A DNA stretch of 28,366 bases from Octopus sinensis (taxonomy: Eukaryota): NCBI RefSeq assembly GCF_006345805.1, contig NW_021833506.1, positions 1-28,366 on the forward strand. Reading direction: 5' to 3'. The notes under the pieces were generated by a model, which saw nothing but the letters and a program-made list of their open reading frames with translations, had not been told where the DNA came from and did not search any database. A program made the translations under genes and the position numbers. Shown in pieces: positions 10,834 through 22,178 of this stretch; within the stretch, counting starts at the first letter, position 1, and each line of letters starts with the position of its first letter.

Positions 10834-11440
10834 GAAGGTTATGCTTTTGCAATCCAAGAGGTGGGAGATTGTTATGAAATATCTATTGAACGAAACGATA
10901 AAAGCTCTTAAAATCTCACGATGCTACCGCGAATGTTGATCACGTCTCCTTTTTGTGGAGGCAATAAAACACGTGATCAGCTGCTGCCTTAAATTGTAAT
11001 CGAGATACTACCTCTCACTGCAATATAATCCTGTTGCTAAAACAACATACAGTGTCCTCTGCGGAAAAAAATGCCACCGGTCTGGGATAAGTATAAAGGA
11101 CAGCCTGTTATTGATTACGTATATACAAATCAGCGCAAGAAATACTGGTTAAACATTGCTACCAAAATTAACAAGCCTAACAGTTATTTGAGATAACAAG
11201 CCTGACATAGTTATTTGAGAGAGAAAGAAAAATCATGTATAGACATGGAGAAGATTTCTATGGACAATTCCTTCGAAGCCAACAGCATCTGTATCCTGGT
11301 TACATATTAATACTAATAATTATTGTTACCCATGGTCATGTAAGTGAATGTTTCAGTGACAACTTGGTAAAAGTAGAATTTTGGGGAATGGTAAGTGACA
11401 AGCAGTTTACAAATACATTCTGTAAGTGGAGTACTGTATA
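10834..11440 (+). mobile_element. Decayed 3' part of a restriction-like-endonuclease non-LTR retrotransposon (R4/Dong-like)
   Basis: Stitched frames read EGYAFAIQE / C*SR-LLFVEAIK-H-VISC-C (CX2CX8HX4C spacing, 2nd Cys TGT>CGT) / SRYYLSLQYNPVAK (RHN-equivalent) / NKPDIVI* (PD motif, Trp>TGA) / EDFYGQFLRSQQHLYPGY / LQIHSVSG. Confidence 0.75.
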
Positions 11441-11460
11441 CATACATTATATACACATTA

Positions 11461-11876
11461 AGGCGGCGAACTGGCAGAAACGTTAGCATCCCGGGCGAAA
11501 TGCTTTAGCGGTATTTCGTCTGCCTTTACGTTCTGAGTTCAAATTCCACCGAGGTCGACTTTGCCTTTCATCCTTTCGGGGTCGATTAAATAAGTACCAG
11601 TTACGCACTGCGGTCGATATAATCGATTTAATCTGTTTGTCTGCCCATGTTTGTTCTCTCTGTGTTTAGCCCCTTGTGGGTAGTAAAGAAATAGGTATTT
11701 CGTCTGTCTATACGTTCTGAGTTCAAATTCCGCAGAGGTCGACTTTGCCTTTCATCCTTTCGGGGTCGATTAAATAAGTACCAGTTACGCACTGGGGTCG
11801 ATGTAATCGACTTAAACCGTTTGTCTGTCCTTGTTTGCTCCCTCTATGTTTAGCCCCTTGTGGGCAATAAAGAAAT
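11461..11876 (+). mobile_element. SINE family B head-to-tail dimer (full unit 11461-11693 plus headless unit 11694-11876)
   Basis: The second unit restarts at GGTATTTCGTCTG immediately after AAAGAAATA of the first unit. Confidence 0.93.
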
Positions 11877-12206
11877 AATACATTATATACACATACATAT
11901 CTATAGAAAGACAGAAGTGCGTCTGTGTGAATGTGTGTGCACTTATCTGTGTATCTGTCTCTCTGTGAGTGTTTTTCTGTCTGTCTCTCTATATATCAAT
12001 ATTTATGTACACACATACATACATAATACATACATACATGCATACATGCATACATACATAGCCTTTCACAAACACACACACACACACACTCTCACTCACA
12101 TACATACGTATGTTAATGGGTTTGTTGATGTATGTTTCTCTACAAACCTTTGCATATATGAGTGTGTATGTTTTCGCGTGCTCTATATGTTTTATGTATG
12201 TGTGTG

Positions 12207-12246
<40 letters not shown>

Positions 12247-12301
12247 TATGTTAGTGTGTGTGTTTGAGTGTTTGTATGTGAGTGTTAGTGTGTGTGTGTG
12301 T

Positions 12302-12400
12302 GAGAGCGTATGTGTGTGTGTGTGTGTGTGTGTGTGAGAGCGTATGTGTGTGTGTGTGTGTGTGTGTGAGAGCGTATGTGTGTGTGTGTGTGTGTGTGTG
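12302..12400. repeat. Minisatellite, 3 x [GAGAGCGTAT(GT)n], unit about 32 bp
   Basis: GAGAGCGTAT recurs three times between GT runs. Confidence 0.9.
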
Positions 12401-12789
12401 AAAGGCTAACCAACACATCAAGGTAGCGAGTAAAGTTGCTATAAAGTATGAAATCTCACGTAAAACTAATGACTCTCCGACCACTCGGACAATTTTAGCC
12501 ATTTGACCGTGTACGGACAATAAACTAGAAATGGCATGGCATCTTATTTTAACTTGAAGAATTGTTTCCACTGTCCATTTCGGTGCCACTTGATTTGCAA
12601 TGAAGCTGAAGCAGGAATGGTCACATCTTACTAAATTCTACATTGCTGGTTATTCAAAGAAAGTTTAATCGCTAGAAATTCTTGCACAATTAACTAGCCA
12701 GAGTTGACAGTGGTCACTTAACGAAAACGCAAATCTGTTCAGACAAGGTCCAGCAGAAGTTACTATTGTTGTTATTGGTGGTAATGTCG

Positions 12790-12985
12790 GTGTTATTCAA
12801 CCACAGGTCAAATTTTATTAAGTAGACTTATAGACAAGTGCATTCCAGACATAACCATCCCGCCTGTTGTTCAGCCATCGTGTTTATAATCCTATTTGGC
12901 CCTAAGTATCATCTGTGTTAAGACAAGTGAGATTTGAGAGAAATTTAGCTGTTGATTCCAGCATATCATGCAGCCTCGTAGAGGC
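12790..12985 (-). mobile_element. Degenerate interspersed repeat (see 1545-1740)
   Basis: GCATTCCAGACATAACCATCCCG...GTGAGATTTGAGAGAAATTTAGCTG; resembles a common octopus repeat from memory, with weak in-window similarity. Confidence 0.4.
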
Positions 12986-13801
12986 TTCATAATTTGTTGT
13001 TGTTGTTGTTGTTGTCGTTCGTGGTTGCGGTGGTAGTTCTGGCGCGGGTGTGTGCGTGCGTACGTGCCTGTATGTGTGTGAGTGTTCGTGCGTGTGTGTG
13101 GTGTGTGTGTGTGTGTGTGTCTATGTGTGTGTGCGTGCGTGTGTGTGTGTGTGTGTGTGGTGTGTGTGTGTGTGTGTGTGTCTTTGAGGATCGTGTTCGT
13201 GTCGTTGGCGTCATTACTGGTAGATGTTGGAGGATCTCGGCTTGAAAGGAAAGATCAAGTGATCAATTGTGAAATGTTAATAAGTCCGAAAACAGATCTG
13301 GAAATTTTTTAAAAAATGTCAGGAGGGCGGAATTTTGTGAAAATAGAAATTCTTACACAAGTAATATAAAACGATGACGAAGAAAATGGTAACTGATGAC
13401 ACAAATGAAAGTGATAGCAGCAATGGTGATGCTGAGGACGCCGTTAATGACGTTGTTCTTGTTGTTGTTATTGTTGAAGATGACGACGACGACGACGATG
13501 ATGATGATGATGATGATGATGATGTGGCTGTTCCATGTTACTACTAGTTTAACCCCAAGCAGATCTTCCACAAGCTGGTCATCGGTGGAGCGCTGCACCT
13601 TATATATTGCTAGCAGCGGAGCGGCCAGATGCTCGCGACTGAAGTCAAGCCAACCAGCTCGAAACTGAGTCGGTCTCATGATCCTGTTGTCTGCTAGAGG
13701 ATGGTCGGATGCACACTCACATACACGCATGCACACTCTCACACACATGCATGCCCATACACACTTGTGTGTGTGTGTGTATATGCAGCTATATGTATAT
13801 A

Positions 13802-13846
<45 letters not shown>

Positions 13847-14102
13847 TTAAATTAGAGATGAAACCACTTTTAGGCAAATCAAACGTGAAAAACATAAACC
13901 AAAACATAAAAATAAATGTAATTAATATAATATACAAATATATAAAATATAAAATTCAAAATTTGAATTATTTAAATTTAAAATTTTTAATTTATATTTA
14001 TAAATTTTAATTTTTAAATTTATTTTTTAAAAGTAACTATCAAAAAGTATTAAAAAGTTTAATATAATATAAAATTATATATATATATAATATAATATAA
14101 TA

Positions 14103-14140
<38 letters not shown>

Positions 14141-14144
14141 TATA

Positions 14145-14177
<33 letters not shown>

Positions 14178-15316
14178 AATATACTACCTACATGTATATA
14201 ACATGTATATATATATTTAGAAATAGATTTTCTGTAACCACAACTTTGATTTCACGTTTCCGCTTGTTCAAACGATTGAAGGGGAGAGAATAATTGTTAC
14301 AATATAGAATCAAAAGCATTCACAAATGCATCAAAATAACGTATTTAACACTGTATTGGAGTGGTTTCTGATATGACTTTAAAAAATATAACAATCTTCG
14401 TGCGCAGAACGGGGAAGACAATCTGTTTTCATCCGTTCAATATCATTTGCTAAATGGTGTTTACAAGCAGAGAAAGCTACTTTGCTTATGAAGCTTTATT
14501 TTTGACGAAGAAATATGACGGTATTTATTGTTTTAGGAGATGAAAAATCCAGTATATAGGAGATATATTATAATTTTTTGTTTAGGAATTTCCCAACAAA
14601 TATTCATGGAAATGTCTGCAAAAGTTAATCAGTTCCGATCGTTAAAATTGGCGGAATCCTGCATTAAAATACTTCTTAGTTTATTTATTTATAATAAATC
14701 TGAGTTCCACAAAACTTTCGGGAACTTTTGAAGTGAAAGGATATATGTCCGATGTTTAAATCGATAAAATTACCATCCAGATATATTTGTATAATGAAGT
14801 AGTAAAGCTTTTTTTGCGTTCTGCGTGTCTGAATGAACACGCATGTAATGAGAAACATCTTTTAAAGGGATTTACAGTAAGCTATTTCTTTCTTTACAGT
14901 AAGCTATTTCTGCAAAGGAGTTCCTATCTCAATAAATCAATGTTCTAGAAAGATGTATGCCCATTAAAAGAGCTGATATTAGGGGTGCTGGAATTACATT
15001 GAAGAAGAGAAATTTCTAACAGAAATGCACTTGAAATATTGACTGTTGAGTTTCAAATAAATGCAATCGTAAAACGCACGTAGAAACTAAATATTTACAC
15101 TCTATACATGTATATGTATATAAATATATATATAAGCTAAACATATAAATGTACAAACATACATGGACACACAGACACACACACATATGTATTCATATGT
15201 TTATATTTATGCATATATAAATGTAATATATTTGTTTTTATATATGAGTATGCATATAAATATATATGTATGCACATATTTACATATATTTACATGTATC
15301 TATATGTATATATGTC

Positions 15317-15625
15317 GAGGCGCAATGGCCCAGTGATTAGGACTCGCGGTCGGAGGATCGCGGTTTCGATCCCCAGACCGGGCATTCTGTGTGTTTATTG
15401 AGCGAAATCACTTAAAAGATCCACGAGGCTCCGGCAGGGGGTGGTGGCGACCCCTGTTGTACTCTTTCGCCACAGCTCTCTCTCCCTTTCTCATCTTGTT
15501 TCTTGAGTAACGCTGCGATGGACTAGCGCCCCGTCCAGCTGAGGGGAACACATACGCCACAGAAACCGGGAAACCGGGCCTATGAGCCTGGCTAAGCTCG
15601 AAAAGGGCAATAAATAAAAAATAAA
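15317..15625 (+). mobile_element. tRNA-headed SINE family C with V-domain-like core and A-rich tail
   Basis: Box A TGGCCCAGTGA, box B GGTTTCGATCCCC, core CTGCGATGGACTAGCGCCCCGTCCAG (compare the V-SINE CTGCGATGGACTGGCG..CTGTCCAG), tail (AATA)n. Confidence 0.82.
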
Positions 15626-15627
15626 TA

Positions 15628-15670
<43 letters not shown>

Positions 15671-16009
15671 CACACAAATATATTATACATAGAGACATAC
15701 ATACCTGCCTATCTGTACACACACACACACTCATATATATATATATTAAATATAAATTAGGGATAAATCCACTATTATGCAACTCAAACATTGATAGACA
15801 TAAACCAATACATAAATAACAAATATTTTTGTCTATCACTGTTTGAGTTGCATAATAATGGTTTTATCTCTAATTTATATTTTATATATTTATACTGTGA
15901 AATTTGATTTAATACTAAATTGAAATTTTCCCTGTAAGTTTGAACTTATACTCCCTAATATTATATATATACATACACACACACACGCACATAAACACAC
16001 ACACACATG

Positions 16010-16211
16010 TTGATTCGCTAGCCTCTGCACGCATTTTTTTCTCTCCTTGTTTCTCTCCGTGTTTCTTTTCTGTGTATCTTTCTGTTGAAGAGCGTAGGCT
16101 CGAAACGTAAAAGACTTATTTTATTTATATTCCTGAGCGCCATACTAATACAATTGTTTGTTTGTATTCCACCTGCCTTCGTCTTTTGTTTATTTTCATA
16201 AAGCTTCCCGT

Positions 16212-16212
<1 letters not shown>
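16010..16212 (+). mobile_element. Penelope-like element pseudo-LTR fragment
   Basis: T-rich block bounded by (AC)n and (TA)n that contains a minimal hammerhead fold; no ORF evidence. Confidence 0.55.
16077..16114 (+). ncRNA. Minimal type I hammerhead-like motif with CUGUUGA (A6U) core
   Basis: TCTTT-CTGTTGA-A-GAGC(GTAG)GCTC-GAAA-CG-TA-AAAGA: 5-bp stem I, 4-bp stem II, palindromic ACGT stem III, GUA triplet. Confidence 0.65.
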
Positions 16213-16251
<39 letters not shown>

Positions 16252-16684
16252 ATATATATACGTACATGCATGCATACATGTGTGTATATATGTATATCTT
16301 TGACATCTACGTATACTACAACTTAAAAACCAAATTTCGTGGAAAACTAATAGCGGCCAACGTCGACAAAAATAAGGAACATCGCAAATTCCAATCTGAC
16401 TGTATGCTGTGGTTTTGTCGATAACATTGATGCGTTGACGGATCCCAACGGCATAATATCATATCTAAATTGACAAAGTATATTACAGGCATGTTTTATT
16501 ATTGCGTGATTGGAGTAGTTCGTCACGTTACAACGTGCCTCGCAATCAATCTGGAGATATTGAGGTTTCTAATCACATACAGGAATGTATTGATTTTTTT
16601 AGAATCGGTAGTCCAATTTGTTAATGGAACTGACATTAACAGATTGGGCTAATAATAAATAAAGAGAAACGTAAGACAAATGTA

Positions 16685-16721
<37 letters not shown>

Positions 16722-16804
16722 ACACCCCTCCCGCCACACATTATACATGTATTTATCTGTCAGTCTAGCTAGATTTGTGTGTTTGTGTGTATACATAGAC
16801 GCAT

Positions 16805-16868
<64 letters not shown>

Positions 16869-17007
16869 CATCTATACATACTATATATTTTTTGATATGT
16901 ATATATAATATATTATATATAATATATACACCATACATATACATATCCATATATATATATATATATATATCCATATCCATATCCATAAATATATATATGT
17001 ATATATA

Positions 17008-17049
<42 letters not shown>

Positions 17050-17167
17050 ATATATGTTATGTATGTATGTATTTATGTATGTATGTATAATCCTACGGAG
17101 CAGGCATACAAACTTCACAAATTCAGGTATTTAACTATTTCTTCCTAGACTGAAAAATATGACGGAC

Positions 17168-17214
17168 CACCTCGAGAGCGATTTTCGACCCTTATTGAGG
17201 TTTCGTCAGAGGTG
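17168..17214 (-). ncRNA. Degenerate type I hammerhead-like motif (Penelope-like remnant)
   Basis: Minus strand CACCT-CTGACGA-AACCT(CAATAA)GGGTC-GAAA-ATCGCTCTCG-AGGTG. Stem I is perfect; G10.1 and the cleavage site are damaged. Confidence 0.5.
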
Positions 17215-17783
17215 CTTACATAGCTCAGAAAAACAGGCAGTAAATGAAGTCATATACGCAAATGTCAGAGAACTTCAGAGAACTGGGACACACTGTAAGT
17301 ATTTCACACTTTATTCAGAATCAGAGGTCTATCAACAGGGATCCCAACATCAAGGTATGTGCTGCTGAGTTAGCGCTATACCAATGGAGGTTAAGTTCTC
17401 TTTTTAATAAAGAAGTGGTCTTATTTTTTTTCTATTACTTCCAAATGTCTGATGAAAGGGACGGTTGTTTATGTACACGAAACATTATAGGGCACGTGAT
17501 GCTAAGTCTGTTTGTCACATAACATAAATGCATACATGCATATATATATGCATATATTACAGATTTTCGCGTATGCATATACGTAAATATTAACAAGTGA
17601 AATTGATCGGTACATAGGTAATCGTTTTTGATTTTGTATATTTTCATTTGTCTTGCTTATTTTTACACTTTAGTTTTGTGCTGAGTTTTTTCTTGAGAAC
17701 ACATTCTTCATGGAAAATAGCGATTTTGACGTCTATATCTAGCGTATTGACCGTCCACTTTTAGTGGTCAGTCCTTTAAATTT

Positions 17784-17816
<33 letters not shown>

Positions 17817-18298
17817 AGCAAGTTCTATATAGGCATGTGTGTGCGTGCATAAGGGTATGTGCGTATATAGACGTGGTTTACTCTTTGTATACTCCCTTCT
17901 GCCTTTTTTTCTGGATTGTTAACCTTTACCCTGTTTTTTCTTGTGCTTGTGCGTATATAGACGTGTGTATGAACCTTTATGGTGCGCGTTCGTGTGTGTG
18001 GGTTTGTATGTATATACATATACATTTGGCGAAGGATGAGAGTGAAGATGTGTACGTTTTCAAGTGAAGGTAGATGAATATATACTTTAAGGCGGACGCA
18101 CATGGATGTGCGGGCGCACATGTGTAGCTATGCACAGGCGCGCTTACGCGAATACTATGAACTTTTTTACCCACTTACTTTACTCCCTCCTCTTATTTAG
18201 CAGTCATTCGGATAGCTCTTTTGTCTTAATAACGGTCAATCACACAGTAATTTCCCTTTGTATAACGGTCATTTTTCATAGCATGATTCCGATGGCTG

Positions 18299-18359
18299 GA
18301 TAACTGAAGAGATGGCGGCCTGGATTTCCACCTCGGCATTCGAAACTCGGAGTTTTATC
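18299..18359 (+). ncRNA. Type I hammerhead ribozyme with canonical core
   Basis: GATAA-CTGAAGA-G...(imperfect stem II)...C-GAAA-CTC(G)GAG-TT-TTATC: stem I 5/5, G10.1:C11.1 pair, near-palindromic stem III ACTCGGAGT, GUU cleavage triplet at 18352-18354. Confidence 0.72.
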
Positions 18360-18394
18360 ATGGCTACCGAATAATTGTCACATATTACATATAC

Positions 18395-18471
<77 letters not shown>

Positions 18472-18889
18472 TATATATTTATCGATCTATCTATCTATAA
18501 CCAATCACCTCTTCATTATAATATAAAAATAAATTCATGAAACTCATCTCACTACAATTCCTCAGAATGTAAAATTGATTGTAGATTTGTCAGTGTCCTA
18601 GCTAGCTCAATAGGGATACTTATACGAAAATGTGAAGATTAACGAAAGGGGAGGTAATTGCGATAGAATAGGACAGATGGTTGTGCATAATACTGACAAA
18701 TTTTATTTATCTATTTATCTATCAATCTATATATCTATCTATCTTTCTATCTATTTATTTCTGTGTATTGATATATACACACCTATCTGGTTATATATAT
18801 ATACGTATGTGTCTGTGTGAATGCAAATTTATATCTATGAATATGTAATTATACTTACATGAAAACAGAAGTATGTATATATATATATA

Positions 18890-19147
18890 CATATATATAC
18901 ACATGCATACATGCAATATATATATATATATCATAACAAATTGAAATGAAGGTGCATGCAAGCGTCTACATATGTACACAAGCACACACACACACACATA
19001 TATGTATATATATGTATTACACACATATATGTATATATATATGTATTATATGTATATATATGTATATATATGTATTACATATGTCACAAGCACACACCAC
19101 ACACATATATGTATATATATATATATACATATATACACATGCATACA

Positions 19148-19182
<35 letters not shown>

Positions 19183-19275
19183 ATAATCAAATTGAATGAA
19201 GGTCATGCAAGCGTCTACATATGTACACAAGCACACACACACACACATATATATATATATGTATTACTATGTATT
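18890..19275. repeat. Tandem duplication, period about 250 bp, in low-complexity DNA
   Basis: GAAGGT(G)CATGCAAGCGTCTACATATGTACACAAGCACAC occurs at about 18948 and 19198. Confidence 0.9.
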
Positions 19276-19907
19276 AATATATATATTAATGTACGTATAT
19301 ATATATATAAATAAATATATATATTATATATATATATAAATATATTTATATATATATACATCATATATATTTCATAAATATATGCATGTATGAACGTATG
19401 TATGTATGTACGCCTCCACGCACAATATATGAATATACGTGTGTGGCAAACAAACAGAAAGAACAGTTTTCTTGTCTATCTTATATCTCCATTCTGCTTC
19501 TTGCTTGATGTTTGATAAAAACGATGGGGAAAAATCAATTTACTCCATCATTTTGTTCACCCAAAGAATTGTGGTTAGCTTTAATGTCTATTTAAAGTGC
19601 GGCAAATAATTGGTAAATTTCTTATTGAATAAGTCAAGAGAAACGTTTAAGAAGCAAGGAGCGTGTGTTGAAGGTTCCATGGCCAAGTTTTTTGTTTTTT
19701 GTTTTTTGTATATTTTATAGTTTTTGTTTAAAATTGCATTTTTTTTTTTTTGCCTAACCGCCGACACCTTACCACACAGTCTCCGAAGCTGGAGTGCGAA
19801 ATAAAATGAGAAATGATGTGTTGATGTGTTTCTACACATACATACGTGCGTGCACACATATCTATACATGTATATGTAGATGCATACCTACAAACACACA
19901 CACATTC

Positions 19908-19967
<60 letters not shown>

Positions 19968-20092
19968 CTATATATACACACACACATATAGACAGATGTG
20001 TATGAATGTACCCACGTATATGTATTGAATACATATATGAATAGAACTCGCCTATATGTATGTATGAATGTGTATATATATGTATATATATA

Positions 20093-20176
<84 letters not shown>

Positions 20177-20927
20177 TATACATATTTGTAGGTATACAGA
20201 GAAATATTGAAACAAATATAAATACAAGACATTTGGAAATACACTTCGTATACATGTATGATTGCATGTATGCTTCTATGAACGTATACACACACACACA
20301 CACACCAATACACACACATATACACACATATATATATATATATAAATGCATTTACATGTATATACATCGATACATTCACATACACACATATATAAATGCA
20401 CATATATATGCCTTAGATATGTGTATATATACATATGTATATCTATGTGTATACATTTGTAAACACACACACCACACACGCATGCACACACACACATACA
20501 CGCACACACACATATATGTGGTTTTTTTTGTTATTGTCTACTATCTTCCAATGTCTAATACATACGTAGATTATTCTTTTTTTCTATTCCTTTTCACGTT
20601 TCATAATTTTCCCCGCCTCTCCAGTTTGAACCTTTTTGTCCGTTTATTATGATTGTATTTTCCTCCTGAGTAAATATCAAGTGCGTTTCTTTCTATCTGA
20701 TTTGAAGAAAGAGAATAAAATGAAAACCTTATTTAAGCTATAAAGCACACACGCAAGGCATACACACGTATCACATATTTGCATAAAATGACATTCATAC
20801 AAACACAAACATGCATATATACCATATATACATACATACACACACGCATATAAATATATAGCACGAGTAAACACTTTCAAATTGACTGATATCCAGGAAG
20901 AATTTACACGTAATAGAAGATGCATTC

Positions 20928-20929
<2 letters not shown>

Positions 20930-21006
<77 letters not shown>

Positions 21007-21007
21007 A

Positions 21008-21069
<62 letters not shown>

Positions 21070-21110
21070 TTATCTATGTATCTACCTATCTACCTATCTA
21101 TCTATCAACA
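20930..21110. repeat. (TATC)n tetranucleotide microsatellite
   Basis: Direct inspection. Confidence 0.98.
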
Positions 21111-21177
21111 TATATTTATACATACCTAACTGCATCGTACATACACACACATATGTACCTAAATGTACATGTACGTT

Positions 21178-21222
<45 letters not shown>

Positions 21223-21892
21223 ATATGAATATTTGTATACATACATACATGCATACATACAAACATACATATATACATACATATGAGTTTAATATTATTC
21301 TTAAACAAGACTATTGTTCATAGTGACTTCGAAGTCACTATACTGAAAGTATTTGTCCAACTTTGGAACTGCTAGCATCCATTTACTCTCGCCATCGATT
21401 ACTATCGAACTATTCTCTCTGATCATGAATTTACCAAAATAACACCCGATTTAACTCGATTTAATTGTATTTCTAGACGTAATGAACCAGAACAACTATC
21501 ATTGATGAGGAATTTTCTTCTGCTTTTACATATATTCAATCTATATTTCCCCGATTACGGTATACTCAGTATATGGACTCTTCACTCGAAACGATGTTCC
21601 AGTTACTGGGACATCATAGAAACAGCTGCCAGAGATCATTTTTACCTTTAATTATATAGCTAAATCTGATTGAATGTCCTTTTCAAGTCTTGCCAAATCG
21701 TATACCTTTCATTTTTACTTTAACTTATACCTACCGACTCAAGGAGAATCCACTTCTAGCCGCTTTGGATAAAGCCGTTACAAGGTCACAACTTGAACTG
21801 CAGTTCAAACCGGAATTTTAGCTGCATTCCTATATGAGCATCCCGAGCGCTTATCTATTAGACTGAGTCATACTGACAAAGACGCGCTCATA

Positions 21893-21929
<37 letters not shown>

Positions 21930-22178
21930 AAATAAGAAAATGGAGAAATACATCCAAATCAAATATCAATTACCAGATAATACCCAATCACATACTTTAT
22001 TAAACCACCACATAAGAAACTTTAAGGTCAAACATAATAATATAGAACAAAACAGTGTACATAAAGGAGTAATATGATACTGAAGAGAGTTGGTGTGAAA
22101 CAAGGTGGAAAAAATATTACTCGAAAATCTGAGGTAGAGTGACAAGCTTTATTAATAAAGCTGCAAAGACATCACAAA

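Noticed and set aside
13645-13680. GAAA-CTGAG-TC resembling the 3' half of a hammerhead
   Set aside because: No CUGANGA strand with a complementary stem I upstream.
14870-14912. Tandem copy of TTTACAGTAAGCTATTTCT
   Set aside because: Ordinary small slippage duplication; the embedded GTAAGC donor-like motif has no supporting exon.
17449-17490. CTGATGA...GAAACATTA hammerhead-like spacing
   Set aside because: Neither stem I nor stem II can pair convincingly.
20625-20669. 45-nt candidate exon (strong pyrimidine tract plus CAG; GA/GTAAAT donor)
   Set aside because: Weak donor, a stop in the phase-0 frame and no partner exons; such sites are common in T-rich DNA.
22075-22105. CTGAAGA...GAAAC motif
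   Set aside because: The intervening 10 nt cannot form stem II, and there is no stem I.
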